Source: Phycisphaera mikurensis NBRC 102666
GTDB taxonomy: Bacteria > Planctomycetota > Phycisphaerae > Phycisphaerales > Phycisphaeraceae
Direction: 5' to 3'
Assembly: GCF_000284115.1 (NCBI RefSeq)
Contig: NC_017080.1
Span: forward strand, 270,001-302,000
Length of the DNA stretch: 32,000 nt
Under the pieces are notes generated by a model. The model did not search any database. It had not been told where the DNA came from and worked only from the letters and a program-made list of their open reading frames with translations. Positions 31,296-32,000 of this stretch are shown here, piece after piece (the stretch's first letter is position 1; each line of letters starts with the position of its first letter). Both the position numbers and the translations under genes were made by a program.

Positions 31296-32000
31296 TCACC
31301 GCGGCTGGATCGCCGCCCGCTGCGGGTCGTACCGCACCTCGCCCAGCGTGCCCGCGATCAGCCGCTCCACCGCTTCCTCGATCAACGGGAGCGGGACCAG
31401 GAACCACTCGCGGGGCTCGACAGCCGAGCCGAAGCGGTCCTGGAGCTGCACGTCCAGCCGGGCCTCGGCGAAGAAGCCGTGCAGCAGGTGCTCGAGCTTG
31501 TGGCGGTGCAGGTTCGCCAGCTCCCATCCGGCGACCTGCTCCACGCCGGCCAGCAGGAACGTCGGGTCCTTGGCGGCGTTCGCCAGCCGCTTCTTCACGT
31601 CCCCGCCCGTGACCCCGATCTTGTGGAGCACCTCCCGGTGCTCCGCCACGAAGGGGTCGCTCGAGAGGCTGCGGACCACGTACACGCGGCCGCTGGCGAC
31701 GTCCCCGTCCGCGGCCTCGCCCGAGAGCACCGCCCCCCCCGGACCCCGCTCCTTGACGAACAGCGGCCCCGCATCGTCGTCGCGCGGCAGGATCCGCCGG
31801 CTCGCGTCGTCCTTGTTGAGCGCCCGCCGCAGCGAGCGCATCAGGAGGTCCGACTCGGTCGCGTTGTCGAACACCACGCGCAGCCGCCGGTCGTTCTCGC
31901 CGTGCTCGGCCTTGAAGACCGACCCCGCCGAAGCCACGCAGGCCTTGTGCCCGTCGAGGACGAACCAGTCGCCCACCGCGATCCCCTCCTCGTCGCGCCC
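31296..32000 (-). CDS. T5orf172 / GIY-YIG-like domain protein, 5' end beyond the window
   Basis: ORF 31296..31976(-). The frame stays open to 32000 (upstream codons read GRDEEGIAV), so the GTG at 31976 is probably internal. The C-terminal domain has GRVYVVRSLS, HKIGVTGGDVKKRLANA, LHGFFAEARL and REWFLVPLPLIEEAVERL, matching the T5orf172/MUG113 pattern. Confidence 0.65.
   Translation of the reverse strand, partial: GRDEEGIAVGDWFVLDGHKACVASAGSVFKAEHGENDRRLRVVFDNATESDLLMRSLRRALNKDDASRRILPRDDDAGPLFVKERGPGGAVLSGEAADGDVASGRVYVVRSLSSDPFVAEHREVLHKIGVTGGDVKKRLANAAKDPTFLLAGVEQVAGWELANLHRHKLEHLLHGFFAEARLDVQLQDRFGSAVEPREWFLVPLPLIEEAVERLIAGTLGEVRYDPQRAAIQPR

Overview
Very GC-rich bacterial window, so long spurious ORFs occur in most frames. 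I called genes from amino-acid composition (not Arg/Pro/Gly/Ala runs), G/C at third codon positions, recognisable family motifs and start/stop coupling. The gene content suggests a diderm, possibly a planctomycete-like organism, but that is speculation. I support 26 CDS and found no rRNA, tRNA or CRISPR. Left part (1-9.8 kb): a tightly overlapping minus-strand operon (DUF2752 protein, two paralogous lipoproteins, one edge-truncated gene), then divergent pssA, an alpha/beta hydrolase, a UbiE/MenG-type methyltransferase, a long-form RayT/IS200-like HUH tyrosine transposase and ComEC. Right part (9.9-31.2 kb): a large surface-glycan locus. It holds a GT4 fused to a large helical C-terminal domain, a secreted clan GH-A-like hydrolase, a GNGPSL-motif (DUF115/CstII-like) protein and a coupled GT4/GT-C/GT2 trio. 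It also holds two paralogous modules of Wzx flippase, glycosyltransferase and membrane acyltransferase, plus a rfbF / SDR / rfbC-like sugar-nucleotide trio. A T5orf172/GIY-YIG-like gene runs off the right edge. The most distinctive non-coding signal is a REP-like hairpin family, consensus CTT(N)TC(A/G)AGGGGACAG(G/T)CCCCTTG. One perfect 23-nt palindrome sits 31 nt upstream of the RayT start, and a composite three-hairpin cluster lies at 12.50-12.68 kb. Other items worth checking are the duplicated flippase modules, the fused GT4, the GT2/GT-C pair, a 43-nt near-perfect palindrome and stacked hairpins between the sugar-nucleotide genes. No wzy, wzz/wzc, wza or initiating phosphoglycosyltransferase is visible in the window. 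All family assignments come from motif recognition by eye, not from database searches.
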